The position numbers and the translations under genes are program-made. Shown piece by piece: positions 1-11,972 of a DNA stretch of 64,000 nucleotides (position 1 is its first letter; each line of letters begins with the position of its first letter). Source of the DNA: an uncultured delta proteobacterium (lineage in GTDB: Bacteria > Desulfobacterota > GWC2-55-46); NCBI GenBank assembly GCA_963727865.1, contig CAVSHY010000014.1, positions 38,236-102,235 of the forward strand, in the 5' to 3' direction. Under the pieces are notes generated by a model, which was given only the letters and a program-made list of their open reading frames with translations, was not told the origin of the DNA and ran no database searches.

Positions 1-151
1 AAAAGGGTCTGCCCTTGTCGCCATCGCCGTAAAGGTCGGAAAAGCGACGGCTTATAGACAACCGCTCGCTTAAAGGATAGAACCCATAGGGGTGGAATAA
101 CCATAAACCAATAAAGAATCGGCTACATTAAAATAAGGAGAGCTGGAAGAG

Positions 152-526
152 ATGCAGAGGATGATGTTAAAAGGCAAAATTCACAGGGCCACGATAACGG
201 ACTCTAACCTTGACTATGAAGGCTCTGTTGCCATAGATGAGGCCTTGATGGAGGCCGCCGGCATATACCCTTTTGAGCAGGTTCAGATATACGATATAAA
301 TAACGGCAATCGTCTCACGACTTACGCCATAAAGGCGGAGAGGGGGAGCGGGGTTATCTCCGTCAACGGCGCCGCCGCCCACCTCGCGAAAAAAGGGGAC
401 CTCGTGATCATAGCGAGCTATTCGGTCCTCGAAGAGGAAGAGGCGCGCGCCCACGCCCCTAAACTCGTATATGTCGACGAAAGGAACGCGATCAGGAAAG
501 TATTGGAAGTCGCCGGCTGCGTATGA
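152..526 (+). CDS. panD: aspartate 1-decarboxylase
   Basis: 124 aa; N-terminus [18 protein letters not shown] matches the PanD pyruvoyl-dependent decarboxylase family; ATG preceded by RBS AAGGAG. Confidence 0.9.
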   Translation: MQRMMLKGKIHRATITDSNLDYEGSVAIDEALMEAAGIYPFEQVQIYDINNGNRLTTYAIKAERGSGVISVNGAAAHLAKKGDLVIIASYSVLEEEEARAHAPKLVYVDERNAIRKVLEVAGCV

Positions 527-1164
527 AAAAGGGACTGAAGGGGTACTTCGTAACAGGGCTCCTTGTCGTTGTGCCTCTTTACATAACAATCTATGTCCTC
601 TCGCTTATCGTGAGGTTCATGGATAACATCTTTACGATCCTTCCCGGGTTCCTCCAGCCTGATTCGTACCTTCCATTCCATATCCCGGGGCTCGGGATAT
701 TTTTTACCATAGCCGGGATTTTCATCGTCGGCGTGCTCGCCACGAATATCTTCGGCAAATGGCTTCTTGAGATAACCGAGAGGGTTGTGGCGAAACTTCC
801 GATCCTCCGCGTGGTCTACAACGCCACAAAGCAGTTCCTGGAGACGTTTTTCTCAAAGGAACACGAGGGCCTCAGAAAGGTCGTCCTCGTCGAGTTCCCC
901 AGGAAAGGGGCCTGGTCCGTCGGGTTTCTTACCGGTAAGACCAGGGGCGAGGTAAAGGATAAGACCCCGGAAAATACCGTAAACGTATTCCTTCCAACCA
1001 CGCCTAACCCAACTTCAGGGTTCTATATAATCGTCCATGAAAGCGAGATAATACCCCTCGAAATGAAGGTCGAGGACGCCTTCAAGGTCCTTATGACCGG
1101 CGGTATGGTCGTACCCGGCGGCAAGGCCGGGTTCAAGGTGATAACGCCTCAGAAAGTAAGCTGA
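523..1164 (+). CDS. DUF502-family membrane protein
   Basis: 213 aa; N-terminal TM segment followed by conserved DUF502-like core; overlaps the panD stop (ATGA). Confidence 0.7.
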   Translation: MKKGLKGYFVTGLLVVVPLYITIYVLSLIVRFMDNIFTILPGFLQPDSYLPFHIPGLGIFFTIAGIFIVGVLATNIFGKWLLEITERVVAKLPILRVVYNATKQFLETFFSKEHEGLRKVVLVEFPRKGAWSVGFLTGKTRGEVKDKTPENTVNVFLPTTPNPTSGFYIIVHESEIIPLEMKVEDAFKVLMTGGMVVPGGKAGFKVITPQKVS

Positions 1165-1189
1165 GAGGGCTTTTTTATAAAAAGGCGCC

Positions 1190-1800
1190 GCGCGCGGCAG
1201 TTGTTTAGCGTTGCATGCGGGATCAAACTTCGCTGTGCCGGAATGGACGGCGCAACAACCGCCCGCAGCAGGCGCGCGCAAAAACCTCTTCACGAGGTCG
1301 CCGAAATAAGAGGATTTAAGACGAGATTGCCACGCTCTGCTCGCAATGACAGGCAAAGATGTCTGTATCTTTAAATAAACCCCAGGCGGTGGGTGAACAG
1401 CGCGTAAGGATGGAGGTGCTGCGCACGGCAGTTGATTAGCGTTGCGTGCGGGTTCAAACTCCGCCTTGCCGGAAAGGACGGCTTAACAATCGCCCGCCGC
1501 AGGCGTGCGCGAGCCGGGGCAGAAGGAACGGAGTGACATAAGCGGCGAGCGCAGGGGCTGGAGGCGGTAGCGCAGAGAACCCACCCCGAAAGCGCGCGGG
1601 TGTTGCGCACGGCAGTTGATTAGCGTTGCGTGCGGGTTCAAACTTCGCTGTGCCGGAAAGGACGGCGCAACAACCGCCCACCGCAAGGTGCGCGCAAAAA
1701 CCTCTACAGCACAGGGCGGAAATAAGAGGATTTAAGACAAGCGACGAGATTGCTCTGTCGCAAAAAAACGCTCCTCGCAATGACAATGCGGGGTTTTTCC
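1190..1800. repeat. three tandem ~180-210 bp repeat units (repeat family C) with tRNA T-arm-like hairpin GCGGGTTCAAACTCCGC
   Basis: Units starting ~1194, ~1418 and ~1600 share ACGGCAGTTGATTAGCGTTGCGTGCGGGTTCAAACT; units 1 and 3 also share GGATTTAAGAC..GCAATGACA tails. The middle unit instead carries a GCGAGCCGGGGCAG...GGCTGGAGGCGGTAGCGC segment also seen at 61.7 kb. Confidence 0.6.
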
Positions 1801-1842
1801 GCAGCCTGCTTAACCGTTAAACTTAAGAATGGGATCAAATGG

Positions 1843-3894
1843 ATGGAAAACGTTAAAGCGCTCAACAAGTTCAGCGAGCTTGACGCCCTCTCGATAAATA
1901 CCATAAGGTTTCTCGCGGTCGATTGCGTTGAGGCCGCGAATTCCGGGCACCCGGGGATGCCGATGGGCGATGCTCCCATGGCTTATGCGCTATGGACGCG
2001 ATTCCTCAGGCATAACCCCGGAGACCCGAGGTGGGCCGGCAGGGACCGTTTTATCCTTTCAGCTGGCCACGGTTCCATGCTCCTCTATTCCCTCCTTCAC
2101 CTGACAGGATACAACCTGCCCCTTGATGAGCTCAAGAAATTCAGGCAATGGGGGAGCCACACCCCTGGGCATCCCGAGTATGACCTGAATATCGGGGTGG
2201 AGACCACGACAGGGCCCCTCGGCCAGGGTTTCGCCACGGGCGTCGGCATGGCGATGGCCGAGAAATATCTCGCGGAGCGGTTTAACAGGCCCGGGTTCCC
2301 GGTCTTTGATTACAATATCTACGCCATAACAAGCGACGGCGACATGATGGAGGGGGTCTCGAACGAGGCCGCCTCGATGGCCGGGCACCTTGGGCTCGGC
2401 AAGATCGTCTACCTCTATTCGGATAACAGGATTACCATAGAAGGAAGCACGGACCTCTCGTTTACAGAGGATGTCGCGAAGCGTTTTGAGGGCTTAAAGT
2501 GGCATGTCCAGAAGGTGGGGGGCAATGACCTCCCCTCGATAGCCGCGGCGATACAGGCGGCTAAAGAGGAGACGGCGAGGCCGTCCCTCATTATCGCGCG
2601 GACCAATATCGGCTTCGGCAGCCCCGGAAAGCAGGATACCGCCGAGGTCCACGGCGCTCCCCTTGGGCACGAGGAGGTAAGGGCGACGAAGGAGCGCCTC
2701 GGCTGGCCCCTTGAGCCTGGCTTCCATATCCCCGAAGAGGCGCTTAAGGCCATGAGGCAGGCGGTCCCGAAAGGCGGGGAATTACAGAAGAAATGGAACT
2801 CCATGCTTGAAAAATACTCGAAGGGGTATCCGGAACTCGCGGCTGAATTAAAAAATCTTCTCGCGGGCAGGAAGGATGATTCCTGGATAAAAGAGATGCC
2901 CGCATTTACCGTAAAGGACGGCCCCATAGCCACAAGGAGCGCCTCAGGCAAGGTCCTGAACGCGATAGCTAAGAAAACGCCTTTCCTCATGGGAGGCTCC
3001 GCTGATCTGGCGCCGTCAACGAATACGCTTTTAAAGGGCATGGGGAACTTCCTCCCGGGGAAGGCGGGAAGGAACATCCACTTCGGGGTGCGCGAGCACG
3101 CCATGGGCGCCGTGCTTAACGGGATGGCCTTGAGCAGGATGCTGATCCCCTACGGCGCGACGTTTTTGATTTTTTCGGATTACATGCGCCCCCCGATGCG
3201 TCTCGCGTCCCTCATGGGGCTCCATGTCATATATGTCTTTACCCACGACTCCGTCGGCCTCGGGGAAGACGGCCCGACGCACCAGCCCGTTGAGCATATC
3301 GCCGGCTTAAGGACGGTGCCGCGCATGACAGTAATCCGTCCGGCTGACGCCTCGGAAGTCGTCGAAGCCTGGAAGCTCGCGCTCCTCCATGAAAAAGGCC
3401 CGGTCGCCCTGGTGCTGACGAGGCAGAACCTTCCTGTAATCGACAGAAGCCGGTTCGCCTCCGCCGAGAATCTCTCGCGCGGCGCATATGTCCTTGCCGA
3501 TCCTTTAGAAGGATCCCCGGAGATCATACTTATCGGTACGGGTTCGGAAGTGCATCTCGCGCTGGGCGCGTATGAAGAACTTTCAAAGCGGGGCGTTAAG
3601 GCCAGGGTAGTAAGCATGCCGAGCTGGGAGGTCTTCGAGGCCCAGGAAGCCGATTATAAATCCTCGGTGCTGCCGCCTGAGGTAAAGCTCCGGATTTCGA
3701 TAGAAGCCGCGTCCCCCATGGGCTGGCACCGCTACGTCGGGCCGGAGGGGGACGTGATCGGCCTTGAGAGGTTCGGCGCGTCGGCCCCGGCCGGGACCCT
3801 GTTTGAGAAATTCGGCTTTACGGTTGAAAACGTAAGCAAAAGGGCGATGGATCTCATCAACAGAAAAAAGGGGCTCTTCCTCGACAGGATCTGA
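1843..3894 (+). CDS. tkt: transketolase
   Basis: Motifs GHPG (TPP binding), full N, middle and C-terminal transketolase domains; start taken at [10 protein letters not shown] (ATG 1843). Confidence 0.95.
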   Translation: MENVKALNKFSELDALSINTIRFLAVDCVEAANSGHPGMPMGDAPMAYALWTRFLRHNPGDPRWAGRDRFILSAGHGSMLLYSLLHLTGYNLPLDELKKFRQWGSHTPGHPEYDLNIGVETTTGPLGQGFATGVGMAMAEKYLAERFNRPGFPVFDYNIYAITSDGDMMEGVSNEAASMAGHLGLGKIVYLYSDNRITIEGSTDLSFTEDVAKRFEGLKWHVQKVGGNDLPSIAAAIQAAKEETARPSLIIARTNIGFGSPGKQDTAEVHGAPLGHEEVRATKERLGWPLEPGFHIPEEALKAMRQAVPKGGELQKKWNSMLEKYSKGYPELAAELKNLLAGRKDDSWIKEMPAFTVKDGPIATRSASGKVLNAIAKKTPFLMGGSADLAPSTNTLLKGMGNFLPGKAGRNIHFGVREHAMGAVLNGMALSRMLIPYGATFLIFSDYMRPPMRLASLMGLHVIYVFTHDSVGLGEDGPTHQPVEHIAGLRTVPRMTVIRPADASEVVEAWKLALLHEKGPVALVLTRQNLPVIDRSRFASAENLSRGAYVLADPLEGSPEIILIGTGSEVHLALGAYEELSKRGVKARVVSMPSWEVFEAQEADYKSSVLPPEVKLRISIEAASPMGWHRYVGPEGDVIGLERFGASAPAGTLFEKFGFTVENVSKRAMDLINRKKGLFLDRI

Positions 3895-4228
3895 AAACGG
3901 ACGCGGGGAAACCTGTCTTTCTGAAGATGCATGGCGTTCACCTGCCCGAAGTTTACCGCGGGGAGCTTCAATGATCAGCCCTAAAAAACTTATTTTTAAT
4001 ACCCCGTCTCAAAAAAGACCCGGAAGAGGAACGAGTCTTCCTGAAAACCTGAATTGCCGGCAGGACGCCTTTTTTGCGGGCCGCCGGGACTCTGCTATAC
4101 TTGGTTCATAAATCTCCGTTTTGCGCAATCCGTTTTCAGCCGCACCAGCGAAATCGCATCCGGCGCTCCGTTGTAGATGAAGCCGTGCCTGAAACGTCTT
4201 ATTATTTTCCGTGAGAAGGAGGCATGTC

Positions 4229-7117
4229 TTGAACCCTTTGCTGGAATTGAAAAAACTCGGCCAGAGCGTATGGTTCGATAACCTGAGGAGGGGCCTTGTC
4301 ATATCAGGCGAGCTCAAGCGCATGATGGATGAATACGGGATTACTGGCGTCACGTCGAACCCCACCATATTCGAGAAGGCGATAGCCGGCACAGACGAAT
4401 ACGATGAGGAGATACAAAAGCTCGTAAAAGAGGATCTCGAAGAAGCGGACATAGTCAAAGAGCTCGTGATAGATGACATAAAAGGAGCCGCCGACGTATT
4501 AGCCCCCGTATTTAAAGAGACCGGCGGGAAGGACGGCTTTGTCTCCGTAGAGGCGAGGCCGACCCTGGCGAGGGATACGAAAGCGGCCATTGTTGACGCG
4601 AGGGGTCTTTTTTCACGCATAAACAGGCCGAACGTGATGGTAAAGGTCCCGGCGACCGCGGAAGGCCTTCCCGCGATAGAAGAGCTCACCTTCGAGGGTT
4701 ACAACATAAACGTAACGCTTCTTTTTTCGGTCGACCGGTATGAAGAGGCCGCGTGGAGCTATATAAGAGGCCTTGAGAGAAGGGCGGCCGAAGGCAAGCC
4801 TCTTGATAATATCTTCAGCGTGGCGAGCTTCTTTGTAAGCCGCGTCAACGTGCTCGCCGATAAGATGATAGAGGAAAGGATCGAGAAGGAAACGTCGAAT
4901 GACAGGAAGGCGCGCCTGAGAGACCTCATCGGGAAAGTGTCTATAGCCAACGCGAAACTCGCCTATATAAGATATAATGAAATATTCAACAGCCCCAGGT
5001 TTTTGGCGCTTGAGGAGAAGGGGGCCAAACCGCAAAAACTCCTCTGGGCGTCCACTTCCACAAAGAACCCGAAGTACAACGAACTCATGTATGTGGACGG
5101 GCTCATAGAAAAGGGCACCATAAGCACGATTCCGCTACACACCATGCTCTCTTTCTACAGCCACGGCAAAGTAAGTCCAACGCTCGCCGAGGGGCTCCTT
5201 GAAGCGGCGCGGACAATCGCGGAACTCTCTCTTCTTGGCATAGACTACGCTAAACTCACGGCTCAGCTTGAGGACGAGGGGGTACGGAAGTTTACGGATT
5301 CATACCTCTCCCTTCTTAAGAGCGTGGCTGAAAAGAAGAAAAAGATACTCGGGGAGAAAGTCCGCGCCGTTGAGTTCGCCCTGGACGGGTTTATTGAGAG
5401 CGTCAACAAGGCCGTGGGCGAGATGGAGAGCAGGGGATTCATCCACAAGCTCTGGGCAAAGGACCCGGCTTTATGGAAAAAAACCCCCGGCGATAGAAAG
5501 CTTATAACCGATTCTCTCGGGTGGCTCACGCTCCCCGAGCTGATGGAGGTCCATAAGGATGCCATAAATTCCTTCGCGGTTGACGTCAGGAATTCCGGTT
5601 TCACCGACGTGGTGCTTCTCGGGATGGGCGGGTCGAGCCTCGCCCCCCTTGTCTTAAATACGGCTTTCGGCCGTCAAAAAGGGTACCCTGAACTGACCGT
5701 CCTCGACTCTACGGACACGGACGCTATAAAAGCTGTAAACGATCATATTGACCCTCTAAAAACACTTTTCATAGTATCGAGCAAATCCGGTTCAACGATA
5801 GAGCCGCTCTCTTTTTTCGAGTATTTTTACGACAGGGTTTACAGCTCCGCGGGGGAAGACGCCGGGAGGAACTTTATCGCCATAACCGACCCCGGGACCC
5901 CGCTCGAAGGGTTCGCGAGGAAGTACAGGTTCAGGCGTATATTCCTGAACCCGCATGATATAGGCGGCCGTTACTCGGCCCTTTCGTTCTTCGGCCTTGT
6001 GCCCGCGGCCCTCGCCGGGATAGACATATCAAGGCTCCTCTATTACGCCGGATGCGTTTCTGCCGCCACTCAGCCTTGCGTGCATCCCGCGGAAAACCCG
6101 GCCGTAAGCCTCGGGGTGGCCCTGGGGACGCTTGCCGCTTCCGGGATCGACAAGGTTACATTCCTTCTTTCAAAGGAGGTCTCAAGCTTCGGCCTCTGGG
6201 TCGAGCAGCTTCTCGCGGAAAGCACCGGTAAGGACGGCGTGGGGCTTATCCCTGTCACGAACGAGCCGATTGGGAGCCCTGAAGCTTACGGTGACGACCG
6301 CGTCTTTGTCTATATCGGGATCGGAGAGCCTGATAAGAAGACCTTTAGCCTCATCAAGGCCCTTGAAGCCGACGGACACCCGGTCATCTCCTTCCGCCTT
6401 GAAAACATCCATGAGATCGGAGGAGAGTTCCTCAGGTGGGAGGTCGCAACGGCCGCGGCCGGTTCGGCCATGGGCATAAACCCCTTTGACCAGCCCGACG
6501 TTGAGCTTTCGAAGAAAAATACCGCAGCCCGCTTGGGTAAGATCGGTAAAAAAGGCGGGGGCCTGAAACTCCCCGGTGTCGCGCTCGAAGGGCCGGAATT
6601 CAAGATATCCTTCGGCAAAGCCGCCTTCAAAAAACTCAGGAAAACAGGGTTTAAAGCGGAGCATGGCGTAAAAAAGGCGATGAAGAACTTCATGGGGTTC
6701 ATAACTGAAGGGGACTACATCGGGGTGCTCGCGTACTATAACCCGATGGACGATAAAGTGGAGAAGATATTGGCGGAGCTGAGGGCGCTTCTTCGCGACT
6801 CCACCGGGGCCGCCACGCAGTTCGGCTGGGGCCCGCGTTATCTGCACTCAACAGGCCAGCTCCATAAAGGCGGCCCGGATAAAGGGGTCTTTTTAATATT
6901 AACGCACGGGTCAAAAGAGGAGGCTCGGATCCCGGGCAGTTCCTTCAGCTTCCCGGAACTCGAGCTCTCGCAGGCCTTCGGGGACATGGAGGCGCTTGAT
7001 TCAAAGGGGCGGAGAGTGGCGCTGCTGCATCTCAAGGACTCAACCGCGGAGACTCTTCAAGAGGCCGTGGATTTCATAAAAGGCGCCATACTTCAGGCTA
7101 CTGCCGCTGTTAAATAG
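4229..7117 (+). CDS. bifunctional transaldolase / glucose-6-phosphate isomerase
   Basis: N-terminal ~350 aa transaldolase (NPLLELKKLGQSVWFDNL, TSNPTIF); C-terminal ~600 aa PGI/SIS domain. TTG start at 4229 after RBS AAGGAGG. Confidence 0.85.
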   Translation: MNPLLELKKLGQSVWFDNLRRGLVISGELKRMMDEYGITGVTSNPTIFEKAIAGTDEYDEEIQKLVKEDLEEADIVKELVIDDIKGAADVLAPVFKETGGKDGFVSVEARPTLARDTKAAIVDARGLFSRINRPNVMVKVPATAEGLPAIEELTFEGYNINVTLLFSVDRYEEAAWSYIRGLERRAAEGKPLDNIFSVASFFVSRVNVLADKMIEERIEKETSNDRKARLRDLIGKVSIANAKLAYIRYNEIFNSPRFLALEEKGAKPQKLLWASTSTKNPKYNELMYVDGLIEKGTISTIPLHTMLSFYSHGKVSPTLAEGLLEAARTIAELSLLGIDYAKLTAQLEDEGVRKFTDSYLSLLKSVAEKKKKILGEKVRAVEFALDGFIESVNKAVGEMESRGFIHKLWAKDPALWKKTPGDRKLITDSLGWLTLPELMEVHKDAINSFAVDVRNSGFTDVVLLGMGGSSLAPLVLNTAFGRQKGYPELTVLDSTDTDAIKAVNDHIDPLKTLFIVSSKSGSTIEPLSFFEYFYDRVYSSAGEDAGRNFIAITDPGTPLEGFARKYRFRRIFLNPHDIGGRYSALSFFGLVPAALAGIDISRLLYYAGCVSAATQPCVHPAENPAVSLGVALGTLAASGIDKVTFLLSKEVSSFGLWVEQLLAESTGKDGVGLIPVTNEPIGSPEAYGDDRVFVYIGIGEPDKKTFSLIKALEADGHPVISFRLENIHEIGGEFLRWEVATAAAGSAMGINPFDQPDVELSKKNTAARLGKIGKKGGGLKLPGVALEGPEFKISFGKAAFKKLRKTGFKAEHGVKKAMKNFMGFITEGDYIGVLAYYNPMDDKVEKILAELRALLRDSTGAATQFGWGPRYLHSTGQLHKGGPDKGVFLILTHGSKEEARIPGSSFSFPELELSQAFGDMEALDSKGRRVALLHLKDSTAETLQEAVDFIKGAILQATAAVK

Positions 7118-7198
7118 CAGAGCGTGTTTTCCGGAAAGGAACTTTCCGCCTGAAAGTTTTCAAGAGCGCCCTTTAAAAAACGGAGGGGGGAGGGGAAA

Positions 7199-8107
7199 AT
7201 GCAGATAGGAATGATCGGCCTTGGCCGGATGGGCATGAACATGGCGCGTAGGCTCCTCATAAACGGCCACAGCGTGGCCGCGTATGACAGGTCAGGGGAT
7301 AAGGTCGGGGAGGCCGGGAGGGAAGGCGCCGCCCCGGTTTTTTCATTAAAGGAACTGGCGGATAAACTTTCAAAGCCGAGAGTCCTCTGGATCATGGTCC
7401 CGGCCGGGAAACCGGTCGATGATGCCATAGCGGAATTAAAGCGGCATCTATCCCCCGGGGATATTGTGATAGACGGGGGGAACAGCCGCTATACGGACGA
7501 CATCCGCCGGGAGGATGAGCTTAAGAAGGTAAATATAAATTACATGGATGCCGGGGTTAGCGGCGGCGTGTGGGGGCTTAAGAACGGATACTGCGTCATG
7601 GCCGGCGGCGAGAGGGAGCTTTTCGGGCATATCGAGCCGCTTTTAAAATCTCTCTGCGCGCCAGAGGGTTATCTCTACTGCGGCCCCATAGGCAGCGGGC
7701 ATTTCGTGAAGATGATCCATAACGGGATCGAGTACGGGATGATGCAGGCCTACGGCGAGGGGTTCGAGATCCTTAAAGCGTCGAGGTACGGCGAAGGGCT
7801 CGACTTCGCGGACGTGGCGCGGCTGTGGAACAGGGGAAGCGTAGTCAAGTCGTGGCTCCTCGAACTCCTTGAGAACGCGTTCAGGAAGGACAGGAACCTG
7901 GAGTCGATAAAGGGATACGTAGAGGACTCGGGCGAGGGAAGGTGGACGGCAATGGAGGCGATAGATCTCGCCGTAAGCGCGCCGGTCATAACCGAATCCC
8001 TTTACCGGAGGTTCCGCTCCAGGCAGGAGGAGTCTTTCTCGGAGAAGGTCCTGGCGGCCCTCAGGGCGGAGTTCGGCGGGCACGCTGTCAAACCTGAGCA
8101 TAAATAG
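7199..8107 (+). CDS. gnd: 6-phosphogluconate dehydrogenase (decarboxylating), short NAD-binding form
   Basis: 302 aa; [19 protein letters not shown] Rossmann N-terminus and 6PGD C-terminal domain; RBS GGAGGGGGG. Confidence 0.85.
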   Translation: MQIGMIGLGRMGMNMARRLLINGHSVAAYDRSGDKVGEAGREGAAPVFSLKELADKLSKPRVLWIMVPAGKPVDDAIAELKRHLSPGDIVIDGGNSRYTDDIRREDELKKVNINYMDAGVSGGVWGLKNGYCVMAGGERELFGHIEPLLKSLCAPEGYLYCGPIGSGHFVKMIHNGIEYGMMQAYGEGFEILKASRYGEGLDFADVARLWNRGSVVKSWLLELLENAFRKDRNLESIKGYVEDSGEGRWTAMEAIDLAVSAPVITESLYRRFRSRQEESFSEKVLAALRAEFGGHAVKPEHK

Positions 8108-8130
8108 ATCTTTTAAACGGCGGGGGCTTT

Positions 8131-9720
8131 ATGTCGATAGGGGAAACAAAAATGGAGAAGGGAACGCCCGTAACGGCCGTGAGGGTCGGCGAGCTGGAAC
8201 TGACCGGAGAGCCGTGCGTGGAATTCTGCCCGCCGCCCTGCGGCGTAGTGATATTCGGGGCTTCCGGAGACCTCACCGCGAGGAAGCTCGTGCCTTCTTT
8301 TTATAATCTCACCAGAAACGGCCTCCTTCCGAAAAACTTTTTTATCATGGGCGCTTCCAGGACGAAGATGGATGACGAATCCTTCAGAAACGCCATGGAA
8401 GAGGCCGTAAGGACACACGCCAGGTTCGACGAATCCGTCTGGAAGGACTTCAGGAAGAGGCTTTTCTACAGGCCCGCCTCCGACATCAAATCTTTCGAGA
8501 ATATCAGGGAATCCCTGCTGGAGAAGGAAAAGGAGTTTGATACCCTTGGCAACAGGATATTCTACCTCGCGACCCCGCCCTCGGCCTATTCTGAGATCAT
8601 AGAATACCTGGGCGCCACCGGGATGTCCGAAGAAACAGGAGGCGGCTGGCCGCGCGTAGTAATAGAAAAACCTTACGGGAAGGACTTAAAGAGCGCCCTT
8701 GAACTGAACGAGGTGGTGCTCAGGAGCTTCGGGGAGGAACAGGTCTACAGGATCGACCATTACCTCGGCAAGGACACGGTGCAGAACATCATGATGTTCC
8801 GCTTCGCTAACGCCATATTCGAGCCGATCTGGAACAGGCGCTACATAGACCACGTCCAGATTACCGCCGCCGAGGAGATAGGCATCGAGAAGAGGGCCGG
8901 GTACTACGAGCAGGCCGGGGTGCTCCGCGACATGTTCCAGAACCATATGCTCCTGGTCATGTCTCTTGTCGCCATGGAGCCGCCTTCGGTCTACGAGGCC
9001 GATCTTGTAAGGGACGAAAGGGTCAAGGTCTTCAGGGCGCTAAGGCCCCTGCCGATGGATAACCTTTCAGATTCCCTTGTTACCGGCCAGTACGTGGCAG
9101 GCAAGGTCCGCGGCGGTTTCGTCCCCGGTTACAGGGAGGAAAAGGGTGTCGCGAAGGATTCGTCCGTGCCGACTTTCGCGGCGATGAAGCTTTATATAGA
9201 CAACTGGAGATGGCAGGACGTGCCGTTTTACCTCAGGTCGGGTAAAAGAATGGCGAAGCGGTTCTCCCAGGTTTATATCCAGTTTAAGCATGTGCCGCAC
9301 CTGATGTTCAAGAACACCATTAAAGAAGGGATCACGCCCAACGCCCTTGTTCTCAAGATCCAGCCCGATGAACGGGTACAGCTCAAGTTCCACACGAAAA
9401 ACCCGGGCTCAAGGGTGAGTCTGCGCGATGTGGTCATGGATTTTTCATACACTGAAGGATACAAGGGGATCATACTCGACGCGTACGACAGGATGCTCCT
9501 TGACTGCATGATCGGAGATAAGACCCTTTTTATCAGGAAGGACGGCGTGCGCCTCACGTGGGCGCTCCTGACCCCGGCGCTTGACCTCCTTGAAAAGGGC
9601 GGGCCCGGGGACGCGAGCAAAATTCCTGAACTCGGCATTTACAGGGCCGGGACCCTGGGGCCGGCCGAGGCCGACAGGTTCATCCAGAAGGACGGCAGGC
9701 GGTGGAATAATGACGACTGA
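8131..9720 (+). CDS. zwf: glucose-6-phosphate 1-dehydrogenase
   Basis: 529 aa; [14 protein letters not shown]-binding motif and RIDHYLGKD active-site motif. Confidence 0.95.
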   Translation: MSIGETKMEKGTPVTAVRVGELELTGEPCVEFCPPPCGVVIFGASGDLTARKLVPSFYNLTRNGLLPKNFFIMGASRTKMDDESFRNAMEEAVRTHARFDESVWKDFRKRLFYRPASDIKSFENIRESLLEKEKEFDTLGNRIFYLATPPSAYSEIIEYLGATGMSEETGGGWPRVVIEKPYGKDLKSALELNEVVLRSFGEEQVYRIDHYLGKDTVQNIMMFRFANAIFEPIWNRRYIDHVQITAAEEIGIEKRAGYYEQAGVLRDMFQNHMLLVMSLVAMEPPSVYEADLVRDERVKVFRALRPLPMDNLSDSLVTGQYVAGKVRGGFVPGYREEKGVAKDSSVPTFAAMKLYIDNWRWQDVPFYLRSGKRMAKRFSQVYIQFKHVPHLMFKNTIKEGITPNALVLKIQPDERVQLKFHTKNPGSRVSLRDVVMDFSYTEGYKGIILDAYDRMLLDCMIGDKTLFIRKDGVRLTWALLTPALDLLEKGGPGDASKIPELGIYRAGTLGPAEADRFIQKDGRRWNNDD

Positions 9721-10750
9721 GGCAAGGGCCGAAGGAGTTAGGGCGGCAGAGAGCGGCGGGGGCCGCGTTCCAGTCATCCTCTCCGGCGACATCGGGGGAA
9801 CAAAGACCTACCTCGGACTCTTCACGCTCAAAGACGCCCGCCCCGTGCCCTTGAGAGAGGCCTCGTTCACAAACAGCCAATTCCATGGACCCCTTGAAGT
9901 GATAGAGGAGTTCCTTAAGAAAGACAGCGCGCGGAAGATAGATTCCGCCGCCTTCGGCGTCGCGGGACCTGTCGCCGATGGCCGTTCAAAGATGACAAAC
10001 CTCCCATGGGTGGTTGACTCAGCCGAGATAGCCGGGAGGCTCGGAATAAAAAAGGCCGGGGTTATAAACGACCTCGTGGCAACGGCGTGGGGGGTCGATC
10101 TCCTTACGGAGGAGGACATTCTTACCTTGCAGGAAGGAAACCCCGAGCCCGGGAACGCGGCCCTGATCGCCGCTGGCACCGGGCTCGGCGAGGCTCTTCT
10201 TTACTGGGACGGCTCATCGCTCATACCTGTAGCCTCGGAAGCCGGGCACGCCGACTTCGCCCCCCGTGATCCCCTCGAAATTGAACTCCTCCGTTATCTT
10301 ATCGGCCTCTACGGACACGTAAGCTATGAACGGGTCTTGTCCGGGCGCGGGCTTGAGGATATTTATAATTTCTTTAAGGATAAAAGCGGCGGGGCCGAAC
10401 CGGGATATTTAAAAAAAAGGTTTAAGGAAGAAGGCGTGGCGCCTGTCGTCTCCGATGAGGCGATGAACGGCGCCGATAATAACTGCAAGCGGGCCCTTTC
10501 TCTTTTCCTCTCCATCTACGGCGCCGAGGCGGGTAACCTCGCTCTAAGGAGCTTATCCGCCGGCGGGCTTTATGTGGGCGGCGGGATCGCGGTGAGGATA
10601 TTGGAAGCCTTCAAGGAGAAAGACGTTTTCATCGGTTCGTTCCTTAAAAAGGGACGCCTTAAAGATTTTCTCTCCCGCGTACCGGTGCGCGTCATACTTA
10701 ACGATAAGACAGGGCTCCTCGGCGCCGCGCGTTACGCCGCGAGGCTCTGA
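9710..10750 (+). CDS. glk: glucokinase
   Basis: ATG at 9710 overlaps the zwf stop; [10 protein letters not shown] matches the Glk-family ATP-binding motif (E. coli VGDVGGTNAR). Confidence 0.8.
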   Translation: MTTEARAEGVRAAESGGGRVPVILSGDIGGTKTYLGLFTLKDARPVPLREASFTNSQFHGPLEVIEEFLKKDSARKIDSAAFGVAGPVADGRSKMTNLPWVVDSAEIAGRLGIKKAGVINDLVATAWGVDLLTEEDILTLQEGNPEPGNAALIAAGTGLGEALLYWDGSSLIPVASEAGHADFAPRDPLEIELLRYLIGLYGHVSYERVLSGRGLEDIYNFFKDKSGGAEPGYLKKRFKEEGVAPVVSDEAMNGADNNCKRALSLFLSIYGAEAGNLALRSLSAGGLYVGGGIAVRILEAFKEKDVFIGSFLKKGRLKDFLSRVPVRVILNDKTGLLGAARYAARL

Positions 10751-11018
10751 CAGGTTGTTGGAAAAACAGTATTCTGGAGGAAACTTTCTGTAGAAAGGTT
10801 TCCCCCAGACCCCTTTCAAAGATTTTTAGCCGGAACCAAAAGTTTTTGGAGAGAGTTTGAGGTCCGTGCGGACGGCAATTTAACTCTTGGACGCTTACCC
10901 GTCACGTACGTTTTTGCTGAAACCTATGCTAAACAATTAGCCGTGCGCAGCACTTTTTACAAAAAGATTCTCTCAAAACACTTTTTCAACACCTGCCACG
11001 AAGCACGGGACAGGAAAA

Positions 11019-11765
11019 ATGGAAAGATTTATTTACGAAACCCCTGAAGCCCTTGGAAGGGGAGCCGCGGAACTCTTCCGCGCCCTGTCCGAGGAAGTGA
11101 TAAGGAAGAGAGGCCTCTTTACGGCGGTGCTCCCGGGAGGGTCCACGCCTCAGGTATTATTCAAAATCCTTTCATCGGAGTTCAAGGACAAAATTCCGTG
11201 GAACCGGGTCCATTTTTTTTGGGGCGATGAAAGGTGCGTTCCCCCCGAAAGCCCGGAGAGCAATTATAACGGGGCCTGTAAAACTCTCCTTTCGAGGATA
11301 GCAATACCCCCTGAAAACATCCATCGCATAAAAGGGGAACTTGACCCTGTGGAAGGCGCCAGGGCCTACGAGAAAGAGATCAGGGGGTTTTTCGCCGCGC
11401 CCATGAAGGCCCCGGGAGACGTCCCTGTCTTCGACCTCGTCTTACTCGGCATAGGAGAGGACGGGCATACGCTGTCGCTCTTTCCCGGCTCAAAAGCGCT
11501 CGATGAGAAGGAAAGGCTTGTGGCGGAAAATTACGTTCAAGAGCTCAGGGCCTGGCGCATCACCATGACGCTTCCTCTGGTAATTAACGCGTCGAATACC
11601 GTATTTCTCGTCTCCGGGGGAAAAAAGGCAGGCATCCTGAAAGAGGTCTTGAACGATACGGGAGAGGCGCGCTACCCCGCTCAGATGATAAAGCCTGTAA
11701 AAGGGAGGCTTACGCTCCTAACGGACAAGGCGGCCGCCGGGGTTTCAATATTTCCTTCGGGTTGA
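11019..11765 (+). CDS. pgl: 6-phosphogluconolactonase
   Basis: 248 aa; LPGGSTP, GDERCVP and LLGIGEDGHT motifs of the Pgl/NagB fold. Confidence 0.9.
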   Translation: MERFIYETPEALGRGAAELFRALSEEVIRKRGLFTAVLPGGSTPQVLFKILSSEFKDKIPWNRVHFFWGDERCVPPESPESNYNGACKTLLSRIAIPPENIHRIKGELDPVEGARAYEKEIRGFFAAPMKAPGDVPVFDLVLLGIGEDGHTLSLFPGSKALDEKERLVAENYVQELRAWRITMTLPLVINASNTVFLVSGGKKAGILKEVLNDTGEARYPAQMIKPVKGRLTLLTDKAAAGVSIFPSG

Positions 11766-11934
11766 ATTCCCCGCGGCTTGCCGCGTATATAAAAATAGAT
11801 TTCCCTTCGGATACCCCGCAGCTTGCTGTGGGGAGATTCATGGTTAAAGCGTTAAGGGAGACTTTCAGAAGAGGAGAGTATTTTTTCGGGTTAGGCTCAG
11901 AAACCTTAAATTTTAAAACACGCCCGCGGGTCTG

Positions 11935-11972
11935 GAAGGAAAAAGAAAGGGCGGTTTTTATTGAACCGCCCT
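11935..11972 (-). terminator. rho-independent terminator downstream of cytochrome gene
   Basis: On the - strand GGGCGGTTCAATAAAAACCGCCC hairpin (stop codon in loop) followed by TTTCTTTTT. Confidence 0.6.

Noticed and set aside
1418-1500. tRNA gene in repeat family C (T-arm-like GCGGGTTCAAACTCCGC and acceptor-like stem)
   Set aside because: Only ~15 nt separate the acceptor 5' strand and the T-arm. There is no D-arm or anticodon arm and no CCA or discriminator context. It is a minihelix-like repeat, not a tRNA.
4009-4689. 226-aa minus-strand ORF overlapping the tal-pgi 5' region
   Set aside because: Ser/Thr/Ala-rich low-complexity antisense translation of a clearly coding transaldolase domain.
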